A DNA stretch of 64,000 nt from Candidatus Latescibacterota bacterium (GCA_965116875.1 OZ220733.1:4384001-4448000), one strand, 5' to 3'; shown: positions 17,372 through 28,714, counted from the first letter of the stretch. A program made the numbers and translations. The notes: generated by a model from the sequence alone, not told the origin.

Positions 17372-18538
17372 GTGGTCGGGAAGCTGCGTAAGAACGGATT
17401 CCCCGGATTTCGTCGTCGCCGGCAGGGCCCGCGATCCGGCGAGGAGTCCGGGGCGAAGGTGCTTGTGGCTTCCCAGTGGCGGCTGATGTGGTGGAAGTTC
17501 CGGAAGCATCAGCTGGCGAAGATCGCCGGCGCGGTCCTGATTCTCTTTTATCTGGTGGCTGGATTCTGCGAGTTCGTGGCGCCGCACGATCCGCACCGCC
17601 TGAATACGAAATATATCCATGCGCCTCCACAAAAGGTCCGATTCTTCGACGCCGCGGGGGCTGTTCATTTCTGGCCCTTCGTGTACCGGCACGTACAGCA
17701 GCGCGACCCCGTCACGCTCCGGCTCTCGTATCACGAAGACCACTCCGAACGTTTCCCGATACGGTTCTTCGTCCAGGGTGATCCATATACGTTGTGGGGG
17801 TGGATCCCCATGCAGCGCCACCTGATCGGTCTCGACAACGGGGAGCGCCTGTTCCTGCTGGGGGCGGACCGGATGGGCAGGGACCTGCTTTCGCGAATCG
17901 CTTACGGGGCGCGGATCTCCCTGTCGATCGGTCTGATCGGCATTGCCATCAGTTTCGTGCTGGGACTGATCATGGGCGGCATCTCCGGCTATTTCGGAGG
18001 GAGAATCGACGACGTGATCCAGCGGCTGATCGAGTTCATCATGGGCATTCCGGGCCTGCCGCTCTGGATGACGCTCAGCGCGGCGCTGCCGCCCGACTGG
18101 CCGATCATCCGCGTCTATTTCGGTATTACGATCATCCTGGCATTTGTGGGTTGGACCGGGCTGGCGCGGGTCGTGCGCGGTCGGTTTCTGGCGTTGAGGG
18201 AAGAGGACTTCGTGATGGCCGCGCGCCTGGGCGGCGCCCGCGAGAGCCGGATCATCGCCAAACACATGGTGCCTTCGTTCCTGAGTTATATCATCGCCGC
18301 GCTCACGCTGGCGGTGCCGCAGATGATCCTGGGCGAGACGGCGCTGAGCTTCATCGGGCTGGGGTTGCGTTCGCCGGCCATCAGCTGGGGGGTGCTGTTG
18401 CAGGACGCGATGAATATCCGCGCGGTGGCGCATTTCCCCTGGCTGCTGCTGCCGGGCGCGTTCGTCATCGTCGCGGTGCTGGCATTCAACTTTCTGGGGG
18501 ACGGGCTGAGAGACGCGGCCGACCCGTACTCCAGGTAG
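17372..18538 (+). CDS. Opp/Dpp-family ABC transporter permease (OppC-like)
   Basis: LLGADRMGRD, FVMAARLGGA, FNFLGDGLRDAADP. Confidence 0.93.
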   Translation: MVGKLRKNGFPGFRRRRQGPRSGEESGAKVLVASQWRLMWWKFRKHQLAKIAGAVLILFYLVAGFCEFVAPHDPHRLNTKYIHAPPQKVRFFDAAGAVHFWPFVYRHVQQRDPVTLRLSYHEDHSERFPIRFFVQGDPYTLWGWIPMQRHLIGLDNGERLFLLGADRMGRDLLSRIAYGARISLSIGLIGIAISFVLGLIMGGISGYFGGRIDDVIQRLIEFIMGIPGLPLWMTLSAALPPDWPIIRVYFGITIILAFVGWTGLARVVRGRFLALREEDFVMAARLGGARESRIIAKHMVPSFLSYIIAALTLAVPQMILGETALSFIGLGLRSPAISWGVLLQDAMNIRAVAHFPWLLLPGAFVIVAVLAFNFLGDGLRDAADPYSR

Positions 18539-18547
18539 AAGGGATTT

Positions 18548-19549
18548 ATGGATCCATCGGTTCTGCTCGACGTCCGCCATTTGCGCGCACACTTCTTCTC
18601 CGACGAAGGTACAGTGCGGGCCGTGGACGGCGTGGATTTCCGGATCATGAAGGGAGAGACGCTGGGCGTGGTGGGAGAAAGCGGCTGCGGCAAGAGCGTG
18701 ACCGCCCAGGCCATTCTCCAGATTCTGCCCAAAAACGGGCGGATCGTCTCGGGTGAAGTGCTGCTGCAAGCCAACGGGAAGGTCGTCGACCTGGCGAAGC
18801 TGAGGCCGAACGGCAGGGAGATCCGGAATATCCGCGGCAAGGAAATCGCCATGATGTTCCAGGAGCCCATGACCTGCCTGAGTCCGGTCCATACCATCGG
18901 GAACCAGATCGAGGAGGCCATCCGGCTGCATCGGAGCGCGGACCGGAAGGAAGCGCGTGAAATCGCCGTCGACATGCTGCGCAAGTGCGGAATCCCGGAG
19001 CCGGAGCGGCGGGTGGACGCCTACCCCCATCAGTTGAGCGGTGGCATGCGGCAGCGGGCGATGATCGCAATGAGTCTGTCCTGCCGGCCGCGTCTGCTGA
19101 TCGCCGACGAGCCCACCACGGCGCTGGACGTGACCACGCAGGCGCAGATTCTGGATCTGCTGAAGGCGCTGCAGGAGGAAATCCATACCTCCATTATGAT
19201 GATTACGCACAATCTCGGTGTGGTGGCGGAACTGGCAGACCACGCGATGGTGATGTACCTGGGCAGGGTCGCCGAGTTCGCCCGGTGCGAGACCATATTC
19301 GACGATCCAAAACATCCGTATACCCGCGCCCTGCTGAAATCCATCCCCAGGCTGGGACGCAAGGCGAAGGAAGGACTGCTGTCCATCGAAGGATCGGTGC
19401 CGAATCCGTACGAGTTGCCCAGGGGATGCATGTTTCATCCGCGTTGCCCGGACCGGATCGACGGCGTCTGCGATCGGTACGAGCCGGAGTTGACAATGAT
19501 CGGTTCCGAGCACGGCGTGAGTTGTTTCCTGTATTCCGACCCGAACTGA
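18548..19549 (+). CDS. Opp/Dpp ABC ATP-binding subunit (OppD-like)
   Basis: [25 protein letters not shown]. Confidence 0.95.
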   Translation: MDPSVLLDVRHLRAHFFSDEGTVRAVDGVDFRIMKGETLGVVGESGCGKSVTAQAILQILPKNGRIVSGEVLLQANGKVVDLAKLRPNGREIRNIRGKEIAMMFQEPMTCLSPVHTIGNQIEEAIRLHRSADRKEAREIAVDMLRKCGIPEPERRVDAYPHQLSGGMRQRAMIAMSLSCRPRLLIADEPTTALDVTTQAQILDLLKALQEEIHTSIMMITHNLGVVAELADHAMVMYLGRVAEFARCETIFDDPKHPYTRALLKSIPRLGRKAKEGLLSIEGSVPNPYELPRGCMFHPRCPDRIDGVCDRYEPELTMIGSEHGVSCFLYSDPN

Positions 19550-19688
19550 CATGGGTGGACAGGATAAACAGGATGAAAGGCGATAGGCCTGACACACACG
19601 ACATTTGCCTGACGAAAGCGATGAATCTACAGATAAGGAATCACGGGACGTCATAAAGGCCTCACCGTTTCCATCGCTTGCCGAAACG

Positions 19689-19711
19689 TGGTCATTGAGC
19701 TTGTCGAAATG
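19689..19711 (+). repeat. Solitary hairpin micro-element
   Basis: TGGT-CATTGAGCTTGTCGAAATG (CAT/ATG arms). Confidence 0.8.
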
Positions 19712-19922
19712 CCAGTGTTCCGCGATACGTTCGGCGCGTACATGGAGTTCTTCACCGACCCTTCGAAAAGCGAACCGGCCGCAGGCTCAGCGATCTGCAC
19801 CAAAATCGGGCGCGTTTCTGGCCGCGCGACCCGGCGACAGAATCCTGCCAACCTGCTTCAGAATTAGAAAGCCTGAGCCTGCAACGTCGCATGAAGCCAA
19901 TCATCCGCGAAGAAAGAAGACC

Positions 19923-20951
19923 ATGTCCGATAGCAATTCCGTACTCCTGGACGTGAAGAACCTCCGGAAGTACTTCCCCATCACCGAGGGGTTTCTCAAA
20001 CGCGTGGTGGGGCAGGTGAAGGCCGTTGACGGCGTCAGTTTCGCCGTGAAGAAACAGGAGACGCTGGGCCTGATCGGCGAGAGCGGGTGCGGAAAGACAA
20101 CGGTTGGCAGGAGCATTCTGCGGGCAATCGAACCCACGGACGGCGAGGTGCTCTTCGAGGACGAGGGAACGATGGTCGACGTCTGCCGGTTGTCACCCAG
20201 GGAGTTGAGGACGTTCCGCAGACATATGCAGATGGTGTTTCAGGATCCGTATTCGTCGCTGAATCCCAGGATGACGGTCTTCGACATCGTGGCCGAGCCG
20301 CTGGTTGTGAACCGGATCTCCCGTGGGGCCGAACTGGAGGACCGGGTCGCGGAACTGCTCAGGGTCGTCGGTCTGGATCCGCAGTTCATGCGCCGCTATC
20401 CTCATGCGTTCAGCGGCGGCCAGCGCCAGCGGATCGGCGTCGCCAGGGCCCTGGCGCTGAACCCCAGGCTGATCATCGGCGATGAACCCGTTTCGGCGCT
20501 GGACGTGTCGGTCCAGGCGCAGGTGTTGAACCTGCTCCAGGAACTGCAGGAGCGGATGGGGCTCACGTATCTGTTCATTTCCCACGATCTGGCGGTCGTG
20601 GAGCACATCAGCGACCGGGTCGCCATCATGTACGTGGGGCAGATCGTGGAACTGGCAGACGAGGAGACGTTGTTCGCCACACCGAAACATCCCTATACCG
20701 AAGCGCTGCTTTCGGCCGTCCCCAAGCCCGATCCGGCATACAGGAAACGGAAGATCCCGCTGCAGGGTGAGGTGGCCGATCCCGCCAATCCGCCGTCAGG
20801 GTGTTATTTCCACCCCCGCTGCCCGTACGTGGAGGACGTGTGCCGGGAGGAATCGCCGGAACTCGTCAACGTCGCACCGGCGGATGCAGACCCGCATTTC
20901 GTCCGCTGCCATTTCAGCGACACGCTGAGTCTGGTCGGCATCGAAGCATGA
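19923..20951 (+). CDS. Opp/Dpp ABC ATP-binding subunit (OppF-like)
   Basis: [24 protein letters not shown]; start chosen at [11 protein letters not shown]. Confidence 0.95.
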   Translation: MSDSNSVLLDVKNLRKYFPITEGFLKRVVGQVKAVDGVSFAVKKQETLGLIGESGCGKTTVGRSILRAIEPTDGEVLFEDEGTMVDVCRLSPRELRTFRRHMQMVFQDPYSSLNPRMTVFDIVAEPLVVNRISRGAELEDRVAELLRVVGLDPQFMRRYPHAFSGGQRQRIGVARALALNPRLIIGDEPVSALDVSVQAQVLNLLQELQERMGLTYLFISHDLAVVEHISDRVAIMYVGQIVELADEETLFATPKHPYTEALLSAVPKPDPAYRKRKIPLQGEVADPANPPSGCYFHPRCPYVEDVCREESPELVNVAPADADPHFVRCHFSDTLSLVGIEA

Positions 20952-22879
20952 GAGTCTTCCACAACATACGGTGCCACAAAGTGGGCATCCTGGCGAATCC
21001 AGTCATCCTGCTCGCGTGGTTGTGTTCGCCGGTCGCACCTGACGTGCGGGCTTCCGGCGTTACGCTGAATGAAGCGCCGATGCTTCGTGAACGTGTTGCG
21101 GCAGGAGCGCTACCGCCATTGCGGGAGCGGTTGCCGGAGGCGCCGGCGGTGGTGCGGCCCGTGGAGCGGATCGGCCGGTACGGCGGGACCTGGCGTCGCG
21201 TGCACATGGGCATGCCGGACCGGGCCGGGTGGATGCGGCTGACCTACGATCCGCTTCTTCGCTGGTCCAGGGACTACGCGAGGGTGGAGCCCAATCTCGC
21301 CCACGCCTGGGAGGTTTCGGAAGACGGCCGGGAATTCACCTTCCATCTGCGAAAGGGGATTCGCTGGTCCGACGGGGCGCCGTTCACGGCTGACGACTAC
21401 ATGTTCTGGTACGAAGACGTGATCCTGAACGACGACCTGAATCCCGTCAAGCCGAGCTGGCTCTCGATTGCGGGTGAACTGGGCGTTGTCGAGCGCGTGG
21501 ACGACCATACCATCCGGTTTCGTTTCGTGAAGCCGAACGGCGTGATCCTGCAGTGGCTGGCCTCCTGGACGGACATCGTTGCCGGTCCGCCGCCGAAACA
21601 CTATCTCAAGCAGTTCCACCCCAGCTACGTTTCGAAGGAGAAACTGGACGCCGTCGTGGTCGCCGAGGGGTACGACACCTGGATGGCGTTGTACGATACC
21701 AAGAGCATTGCGTTTCTGAATCCGGACCGGCCGGTTCTGTGCGCATGGCAGGCGAGGACCGGAGCGGACGCGGCCATCTTCATCGCGGAACGCAACCCGT
21801 ATTACTGGAAAGTGGACCCGGCGGGCAACCAGCTTCCCTACATCGACCGGGTGGAAATGACGCTCGTACAGAGCGCGGAGACGGTCACGCTGAAGGCCAT
21901 CGCAGGCGAGATCGATATGCAGAGCCGGCGGGTCGAGTTCATGAATTACCCGCTGTTGATGGAGCATCGGGAGAGCGGCGGTTACCGCGTCCTTCGCTGG
22001 AAGCCGGCCACGACGGGGCAGGGCACCGTGTATCTGAATCAGAACTACACCCACCAGGACCCGGTAATGGGGGCACTGCTGAGGAATCGACGGTTCAGAA
22101 GGGCGCTGTCGCTCGGGATCGACAGGCGTCAGATCATCGACCTCTTCTACATGGGCGTCACCGAACCCAGGCAGGTGGTCCCGTATATTGATGAATTGCA
22201 TGGCGTACCCAGTACCGATACACTGTACGCCACGCATGATCCGGACCGGGCGAACCGTATTCTGGATGAGCTCGGGCTGGACAGGCGGGACGGCGCGGGA
22301 TACCGGCTGCGCCCCGACGGAAAGAGGCTGAAATTCACCATCGCGGGATTCACGCCGGGTACGGCATACGTGGACGTGGCGGAATTGCTGGCCGCACAGT
22401 GGACCGCGCTGGGCATCCAGTCCACCGTCAAACCCGAAGACGTGGCGCTGTGGGTGACGCGCGCCACGGCCGGCGAACACCACGTCTCCGTATACGCGGC
22501 GTCGGGCGGATTCCGACCGCTGATGGATCCCGTGTGGTTCTTCCCGTCGGCGTCAACGGCATACTGGGCGCCGCTCCACGGACTCTGGTACAGCAGCGGC
22601 GGCAGGGCGGGAGAAAAACCCACCGGGGAAATCGCCCGCATCGTGGAGATCTACGAGCAGGCAATGACCACGATGGACGAAGACGAGCAGGTGGCGCTCG
22701 TGAAGCAGGCCGTGCGGATGCACTCGGAAAACCTCTGGCGAATCGGCGTGTGCGGCGGGTTTGACCAGGTATTCGTGGTCAAGAACGACTTCCGCAACGT
22801 CCCCGAAACCGGTCTGGGCGATAACCCGCTGCTCACACCGGGCTACACCCATACCGAGCAGTATTTCTTCGATCGGTAG
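20948..22879 (+). CDS. Family 5 ABC substrate-binding protein
   Basis: EAPML...[40 protein letters not shown]; ATGA overlap with upstream gene. Confidence 0.93.
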   Translation: MRVFHNIRCHKVGILANPVILLAWLCSPVAPDVRASGVTLNEAPMLRERVAAGALPPLRERLPEAPAVVRPVERIGRYGGTWRRVHMGMPDRAGWMRLTYDPLLRWSRDYARVEPNLAHAWEVSEDGREFTFHLRKGIRWSDGAPFTADDYMFWYEDVILNDDLNPVKPSWLSIAGELGVVERVDDHTIRFRFVKPNGVILQWLASWTDIVAGPPPKHYLKQFHPSYVSKEKLDAVVVAEGYDTWMALYDTKSIAFLNPDRPVLCAWQARTGADAAIFIAERNPYYWKVDPAGNQLPYIDRVEMTLVQSAETVTLKAIAGEIDMQSRRVEFMNYPLLMEHRESGGYRVLRWKPATTGQGTVYLNQNYTHQDPVMGALLRNRRFRRALSLGIDRRQIIDLFYMGVTEPRQVVPYIDELHGVPSTDTLYATHDPDRANRILDELGLDRRDGAGYRLRPDGKRLKFTIAGFTPGTAYVDVAELLAAQWTALGIQSTVKPEDVALWVTRATAGEHHVSVYAASGGFRPLMDPVWFFPSASTAYWAPLHGLWYSSGGRAGEKPTGEIARIVEIYEQAMTTMDEDEQVALVKQAVRMHSENLWRIGVCGGFDQVFVVKNDFRNVPETGLGDNPLLTPGYTHTEQYFFDR

Positions 22880-22930
22880 GCACGTCCGTCACGTCAGGAT
22901 TTGCGGGTTGGAACAGCGACAAACACAGAA

Positions 22931-22963
22931 ACGGGAAGTTGAGAATTGCTCCCAACTTCCCGT
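22931..22963. terminator. Hairpin between the convergent SBP gene and tRNA-Arg
   Basis: ACGGGAAGTTG / CAACTTCCCGT 11-bp perfect stem. Confidence 0.75.
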
Positions 22964-22970
22964 GATCATA

Positions 22971-23047
22971 TGGTGCGGATGCCAGGATTCGAACCCGGAA
23001 CCGCCTGGTCCGTAGCCAGGTGCTCTATCCAGTTGAGCCACATCCGC
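22971..23047 (-). tRNA. tRNA-Arg (anticodon ACG)
   Basis: GCGGATG acceptor, CCTGG-CTACGGA-CCAGG anticodon arm, TTCGAAT T-loop, encoded CCA. Confidence 0.97.
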
Positions 23048-23094
23048 ACCGATTCGATGGGCCGAAGCGCGTTTTTTCAGGATTGCGGCCAGAT

Positions 23095-23123
23095 AAATTA
23101 ACCAAAACGCAGGGCGGTGTCAA
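23095..23123 (-). promoter_or_regulatory. Sigma70-like promoter of tRNA-Arg
   Basis: Minus strand TTGACA-17nt-TAATTT. Confidence 0.65.
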
Positions 23124-23204
23124 GGAATCCGGCGGAAAGGGAAGAAATGCTCCGGGCGGGTCCGGAACCGAAACCGGGAGTAAAAACATACGCGGGAGGA
23201 TACC

Positions 23205-25289
23205 GTGAGTGAATCTGAAGCGCCAGTTTACGTGGCCGGGGAATTCTGGGGGCAGGTAAAACGCGGTGTTGCAGGTCTGGACCTGCCGGACGACGTGTCC
23301 GGCCCCGCGGACGAAGCGGCCGCATGGCGCGCGTGGCACGGCTATCTGGCCGGCAGGACGGAGCCCACGTGGCACTTCGACACGGAGCGGTTCGGCGATA
23401 CCATCCGTACGCACTGGCCGGCGCTGGCGCGCGTGTGGGTCGAGCAGTCGGATCTCCTGATCGACGGGAAGATGATCTACGGCGAAGGTACGGTGGATTA
23501 CGTACCGGGAGTCGGCCTGGACTGGAACGCGAATCCGGACAGGACGTCGAACTGGGGCGGGATACACTACATGTTCTTCGTCAGGTGGCCGATCCGGGCG
23601 GCGATGTTGACCGGCGAGGGGAAGTACGTCCGCGTGGTTGGGGACTGTTTGCGAAGCTACTTCGAACAGATGGACGATATCCGCGACGAAGCGCTTGTGA
23701 TGGGGCGGGGCGAGGAGGAGGGTGGATTCTACGCGGTGTGGAACACGCTTGCCGTGGGGCTGAAGCTGAAGGCGCTCGGCGAGGCGTTGTACGCGCTGCG
23801 CGCCCATCCGGACTGGACAGCGGAAGACTGCCGGGCCGTTTCCATCATGATCTGGCGCCTGGCGCGGCATCTGTACGGTCAGGTGGCCTCGCAGACCGCG
23901 GTGGAATGGCAGCAGCAACTGAACTTCATCTCGTCAGGCAGCGGGGGATTGGGCGGCGTGGGCGCGCTGCTGCCGGAGTGGGCGTCCGCGGAAGACTGGC
24001 TCGAAATCACGCGGCAGATCCAGGAAGTGCTGCTCCTGAACCAGGTGTATCCTGACGGATTTCAGAAGGAAATATGCACGCAGTACCATAAAACCGTTAT
24101 GCGTTCGTTCGCCACGCTGCAGACGATCCTTGCCCGCCGCGGGCTTCCGAGTTTCTACGATACGGAGCCGTTCCGGACGCGTTTTCTCGCGATGCACCGC
24201 TTCCTCGCCGAAATCGTCACGCCGGACGGGTTCACGCCGGCCATCAATTCGGCGGTGTACGCGCAGGACTGGCCGGCTTTTCTGGCCGCGGGAAACGCCT
24301 TCTTCAAGAATCCCGTCCTGCAGTGGCACATCAACCGAGGGTACCATCCGGATCTGGTGCCTGTCCAGAAAGGCGGCGTGGGGTGGGGCAATACGATACT
24401 GAACGACCTGTGCGTACCCAGGGCCGGCGGTGTGCCCGCTCATGCGCCCGCCCCGGACTCGCGCCTGTTTCCCGACTCCGGTGTGGCGGTACTTCGCGAC
24501 GGGTGGGACGGGGACGCGAACGTCCTGGTGCTGGACTTCGGACATCCCGAAGGCGGTCACGCCTACGGGGCGCAGGCTTCGTTTTCTGCCTGGGTGAAGG
24601 GTCGCCCGGCAGCACTCTCTCCCGGATCGCCGTTCGCATACAGCGACCCGGACTACATGCCCTGGTATTACAGCACGCAGGGGCAGAATACGGTCTGGAT
24701 CGACGGGGACGACCAGGAACCCTGGCGACAGGGTAACAAGCGGCGGATCTGGGGCCGGCTGATGGACTGGCGGGATACCGAAGAAGAGACCCGGTTACGC
24801 GTCTCGCACGAGGGATACCTGCGCTCGAAGGGCGTCCGGCACGAACGCACGGTCGTGTTGAAAAAGAGGAGGTATTTCCTGATATACGACCTGCTGGATG
24901 CCGCGGAGAGCGAGGCCATGCGCACGCTTCGCTGGTCGTTGCGCTGCCCGGACGAACTGCGGGAGGCAGACAATCGCGCGGTTGCCAGCGAAGGCGCTCC
25001 CGGCGTCAGGTTGGTGCCCGCGTGGGCGGAAACGATCCGAAGCGTGGAGTTGGGCTGGGGTCCGAGCATGGTCCCGCTGAGCTATCAGCCGGATATGTCG
25101 GCACAGAGGGCGCGGGTATGCCATGCGCGTTTCGTGCAGGAGGCATCCGCGGGCCAACAGGCGCGCTTTCTTGTTCTTATGGTTTCGGGGGACTGTCCGG
25201 ACGGTGCGGTCAAGGGCGAGGTGGTCGAGGGCGGGGTTGCGGCCGCCGTGACCGCATGGGGCGAAACGGAACGCGTTTTGTTGGAATAA
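23205..25289 (+). CDS. Heparinase II/III-like polysaccharide lyase
   Basis: QVYPDGFQKE..YH, FPDSGVAVLRDGW, GGHAY, NTVWIDG. Confidence 0.8.
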   Translation: MSESEAPVYVAGEFWGQVKRGVAGLDLPDDVSGPADEAAAWRAWHGYLAGRTEPTWHFDTERFGDTIRTHWPALARVWVEQSDLLIDGKMIYGEGTVDYVPGVGLDWNANPDRTSNWGGIHYMFFVRWPIRAAMLTGEGKYVRVVGDCLRSYFEQMDDIRDEALVMGRGEEEGGFYAVWNTLAVGLKLKALGEALYALRAHPDWTAEDCRAVSIMIWRLARHLYGQVASQTAVEWQQQLNFISSGSGGLGGVGALLPEWASAEDWLEITRQIQEVLLLNQVYPDGFQKEICTQYHKTVMRSFATLQTILARRGLPSFYDTEPFRTRFLAMHRFLAEIVTPDGFTPAINSAVYAQDWPAFLAAGNAFFKNPVLQWHINRGYHPDLVPVQKGGVGWGNTILNDLCVPRAGGVPAHAPAPDSRLFPDSGVAVLRDGWDGDANVLVLDFGHPEGGHAYGAQASFSAWVKGRPAALSPGSPFAYSDPDYMPWYYSTQGQNTVWIDGDDQEPWRQGNKRRIWGRLMDWRDTEEETRLRVSHEGYLRSKGVRHERTVVLKKRRYFLIYDLLDAAESEAMRTLRWSLRCPDELREADNRAVASEGAPGVRLVPAWAETIRSVELGWGPSMVPLSYQPDMSAQRARVCHARFVQEASAGQQARFLVLMVSGDCPDGAVKGEVVEGGVAAAVTAWGETERVLLE

Positions 25290-27002
25290 ATGACGGACCC
25301 AGGGGGCAAGGCCGTGGCAACGCAGTCGGAGCAATTCAAAGTTCGAGTCGAGCGCAACGTGGAAACAAGGATGCGGGACGGCGTGGTGCTTCGCGCCGAC
25401 GTGGCCCGTCCGGCCGCACCGGGGAAGTTCCCGGCGCTCGTCCAGCGTACGCCGTACGGTAAGGCGGCGAACGCGCAACTGGCGGAGGCGGGGTACGTTG
25501 TCATTTCCCAGGACATGCGCGGCCGTTACGCTTCCGAGGGCGATTTCACACCCAAATTCATGCCCGGGTACCGGGATGCCGAGGACGGCTTCGATACCGT
25601 CGAGTGGGCGGCCTGCCTGCCGTACGTGAATGGAATGGTCGGGGTGTACGGGATCTCCTATCCATCCTGGGCGTCGTGGGAACTCGCGTCCGTCCGGCCG
25701 CCGCACCTGGTCGCCATGTTCAACGGCGGGTACGCCACGCGGCTGACGGACTGGGAACTGGGCGGCGTGCTGCGAACCGGACGCGTGCAGCAGTGGCTTT
25801 TCCGGACCCTGGGTCCGGACCTGCGGCGGCGCAAGGGTCTGCCTCCGCCGCACACGCCGGCCGAGGCGGGGGAATCGGCCGGCAAGGACAGAGAAAAGCC
25901 CCTGTGGTTCGTGCCCCTGAAGGACATGCCGGAGGAATACGCCGGCGGCTGCCGGGAGATCTGGCACTACTGGCTGGACCACCATCACAAGGATATTTTC
26001 GATTTTCAGAAGCGCCATGGTGACGTGGACGTGCCGGTCATGCACGTCACGGGTTGGCACGACAGGCTGGTCCTGACGGTCGATCATTTCGCGGGCATGC
26101 GCAGGAACGGCCGCACGCCGGCCGCCCGAAAGGCGCAGCGGCTGGTTGTCGGGCCCTGGTCCCATGGATCGCAGGGGCCCCGGCAGGTCGGCGAAATGGA
26201 CTTCGGGAAATCGGCGGCGGTCGACTTCAACGCACTGATGGTCCGCTGGTTCGATTACTGGCTGAAAGGCAAGCCCAACGGAATGATGCGCACGGCGCCC
26301 GTCCGGTATTTCGTGATGGGAGAGAACCGTTGGCGCACCGCGCCGGCGTGGCCGGTGCCCGGTGCGAAGCCCGTGTCGTTCCACATGGTCTCCGGCGGTG
26401 ACGCAAACGGCGTATCGGGCGGAGGGCGGCTGGTCAGGAGCCGTCCCCGGGACGCGGGTTGCGACCGGTACGATTACGACCCCCGCGACCCGGTGATGTC
26501 GCTGTTCTACGAGAGCTGCCAGGATGCCCCGTACGATCAGAGCCGGCTGGACGGCCGGAAGGACGTGCTTGTCTACCGGACGCGTCCCCTGCGGGCGGGG
26601 CTGCGCGTGGTCGGCAGACCGGAAGTGGTGCTGCACGCGGCTTCCAGCGCCAGAGACACGGACTTTATCGTCAAGTTGATGGACGTCCATCCGGACGGAT
26701 TCGCGCATCAGGTGAGCTACGGAATCGTGCGGGCCAGATTCCGGAACGGGTTCGATTGTCCCCGGACTCTGACGCCCGGGCAAATCTGTCAATACCGGAT
26801 CCGGATGCTCCCCACGGCCGTTCTCTTCCTGCCCGGCCACCGCATCCGGTTGGACGTGACGAGTTCGGACTTTCCGAATTTCGACCGGAATCACAACACC
26901 GGCGGAGACGACTACGGCGAAGCCGACTTCGCGGTCGCCCGCCAGGAAGTCTTCCACGGCGCCGGTCACCCTTCTCGTGTGGTTCTTCCCGTTGCCGGTT
27001 GA
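25290..27002 (+). CDS. CocE/NonD-family (S15) hydrolase
   Basis: MRDGVVL, RTPYGK, QDMRG, GISYP nucleophile elbow, GWHD, GPWSH. Confidence 0.93.
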   Translation: MTDPGGKAVATQSEQFKVRVERNVETRMRDGVVLRADVARPAAPGKFPALVQRTPYGKAANAQLAEAGYVVISQDMRGRYASEGDFTPKFMPGYRDAEDGFDTVEWAACLPYVNGMVGVYGISYPSWASWELASVRPPHLVAMFNGGYATRLTDWELGGVLRTGRVQQWLFRTLGPDLRRRKGLPPPHTPAEAGESAGKDREKPLWFVPLKDMPEEYAGGCREIWHYWLDHHHKDIFDFQKRHGDVDVPVMHVTGWHDRLVLTVDHFAGMRRNGRTPAARKAQRLVVGPWSHGSQGPRQVGEMDFGKSAAVDFNALMVRWFDYWLKGKPNGMMRTAPVRYFVMGENRWRTAPAWPVPGAKPVSFHMVSGGDANGVSGGGRLVRSRPRDAGCDRYDYDPRDPVMSLFYESCQDAPYDQSRLDGRKDVLVYRTRPLRAGLRVVGRPEVVLHAASSARDTDFIVKLMDVHPDGFAHQVSYGIVRARFRNGFDCPRTLTPGQICQYRIRMLPTAVLFLPGHRIRLDVTSSDFPNFDRNHNTGGDDYGEADFAVARQEVFHGAGHPSRVVLPVAG

Positions 27003-27014
27003 CGGGTCATGGGC

Positions 27015-27043
27015 TTGACACATACCGGCCGCCGCCGTATTTT
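27015..27043 (+). promoter_or_regulatory. Possible sigma70 promoter
   Basis: TTGACA-17nt-TATTTT upstream of 27135. Confidence 0.45.
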
Positions 27044-27134
27044 GCGTTCTCGGGAGACCGGGCGCCGTCCCGTCTTGCGGCGTCGGGCTCGATCGTCCGC
27101 GGGGTTTCCCGCGAATTGAATCGGTGAGGAAGCT

Positions 27135-28391
27135 ATGGACGAACTTTCAACCAACCGGCCGATGACGGCGCGCAGGGAAATGGTGCTGCGGGTGGGGCAG
27201 GGCGAGGGCGACCTGCAGGGGACCGACGACAAGGCGCTTCAGGCCGGCGCGGACTATCTGAGGCGGATTGGCGGCGGGATTCTGCGGATTTTGCCCGGGG
27301 TGTACACCATGCGCAACGCGCTCTATCTGCATCCGAATCTGACGGTTCGGGGAGAGGGTGAAGCCACGGTGCTGAAAAAGGCGCCGGGATTCAAAACGGA
27401 TCTGGTGCGGGACTCGGACTGGTACGAGGCGCGCGTGGCCGTCCGGGACCCGGAAGGGTTCGGTGCGGGGTGCGGCGTGATGCTGCGGGCGTTTCGCGGC
27501 GGAGACGGGCGGATGGAGGTCGTGAAAGACACCGTTACGGCGGTGGAGGGCAACCTGGTTTCGCTGAGCAGGCGGATCTACAAGAACATGTGGCTGGAAG
27601 AACGCGCGACGCTGGCAACGGTTTTTCCAATCCTGACGGCGGAGGAAGGCGTGCACGACGTCCGGGTTGAGGACCTGGTGCTCGACGGCAACCGCGATGA
27701 AAACGAGGAGATAAACGGGAACTATTCCGGAGCGGTGTTCCTGCAGCGCTGTCACAGGTACCGGTTCACGAACGTAACCGCACGGAACTACAACGGGGAC
27801 GGATTCAGCTTTCAGATCTGCGACGACTTCGTCTTTGAGAGCTGCGTGTCGCAGCAGAATGCCAATCTGGGTTTTCATCCGGGCAGCGGGTCGCAGCGGC
27901 CGGTGTTCCGGGACTGCCGATCCACCGGCAACAGCCAGGGCATCTTCTTCTGCTGGGGGGTATCGGACGGGCTTGCTGAGCGTTGCATCTGCTCGGACAA
28001 TCTCGACTTCGGCATTTCCATCGGGCACAGAGATACGGACAACCGGATCCGGGACTGCAGCATCGAGCGCAACCACAAGGTGGGCGTGCTTTTTCGGGAG
28101 CCCCAGTCGGAATTCAGAGGCGCCCATCGAAACGTCCTGGACTCCTGCCGCATCCGGGACAACGGATTTGCGGCCGAAGGTACGGGCGTGGACGTTCTCG
28201 GGGAGACGCATCAGGTCGAGATACGCAACTGCCGGATCGAAGACAGCGGCGACGGCAGGCAGAAAACCGGTATACGCATCGGCGGGCGGGCGAAGGAGAT
28301 TGTGGTCGACGGGAATCAGTTCCGGAACATGGAGGAAAACGTGAGGATGGAAGGCGTCCGGGAGGCAGCGCTGACCGGAGCCGCTCCCTGA
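27135..28391 (+). CDS. Right-handed parallel beta-helix protein (pectate-lyase-like fold)
   Basis: DDKALQAGAD..GGG.L.ILPGVY cap; repeated NxxxG stacks. Confidence 0.85.
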   Translation: MDELSTNRPMTARREMVLRVGQGEGDLQGTDDKALQAGADYLRRIGGGILRILPGVYTMRNALYLHPNLTVRGEGEATVLKKAPGFKTDLVRDSDWYEARVAVRDPEGFGAGCGVMLRAFRGGDGRMEVVKDTVTAVEGNLVSLSRRIYKNMWLEERATLATVFPILTAEEGVHDVRVEDLVLDGNRDENEEINGNYSGAVFLQRCHRYRFTNVTARNYNGDGFSFQICDDFVFESCVSQQNANLGFHPGSGSQRPVFRDCRSTGNSQGIFFCWGVSDGLAERCICSDNLDFGISIGHRDTDNRIRDCSIERNHKVGVLFREPQSEFRGAHRNVLDSCRIRDNGFAAEGTGVDVLGETHQVEIRNCRIEDSGDGRQKTGIRIGGRAKEIVVDGNQFRNMEENVRMEGVREAALTGAAP

Positions 28392-28404
28392 GCATGTCGA
28401 AGGG
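28382..28404 (+). repeat. Solitary hairpin micro-element overlapping a stop codon
   Basis: CGCT-CCCTGAGCATGTCGAAGGG; its TGA (28389-28391) terminates the beta-helix gene. Confidence 0.8.
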
Positions 28405-28429
28405 TCGGCGCAGGAACAAGGAGGAAGCC

Positions 28430-28663
28430 ATGGCGCTACCGTTGAGTGAAGCCGAAATGAAAGAAAAGGCGATCCGGTACCTGAAAACGCAATACGGCGA
28501 GGATACGGTTCGGATGGATATCCGCAACAATGGCGTGGAAGACGGCAGCGGCGTGCTGCACGTGGACTGCACCGTCAGCGTGGGCGGATCGCATTCGGAC
28601 TGGACCAAGTGGTTCACGTTCAGGCAGGGCGACGTGGTGAGCATGCGCTGGCAGATGCGGTAG
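28430..28663 (+). CDS. Small hypothetical protein (77 aa)
   Basis: AAGGAGG RBS before MALPLSEAE; fills the gap between co-oriented genes. Confidence 0.75.
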   Translation: MALPLSEAEMKEKAIRYLKTQYGEDTVRMDIRNNGVEDGSGVLHVDCTVSVGGSHSDWTKWFTFRQGDVVSMRWQMR

Positions 28664-28714
28664 GGTGCAGTCCCGGCGCGGCGTTCGTCGCCGGGGCTCA
28701 GTCCCGGAAGTGCG

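Noticed and set aside
17348-19654. 768-aa minus-strand ORF
   Set aside because: Antisense shadow of well-supported ABC genes, expected in high-GC DNA.
19605-19922. 106-aa N-terminal extension of the OppF-like ATPase
   Set aside because: It crosses a micro-element and repeat-like DNA; family similarity starts at 19923.
24795-27023. 742-aa minus-strand ORF
   Set aside because: Antisense shadow of the CocE and heparinase-like genes.
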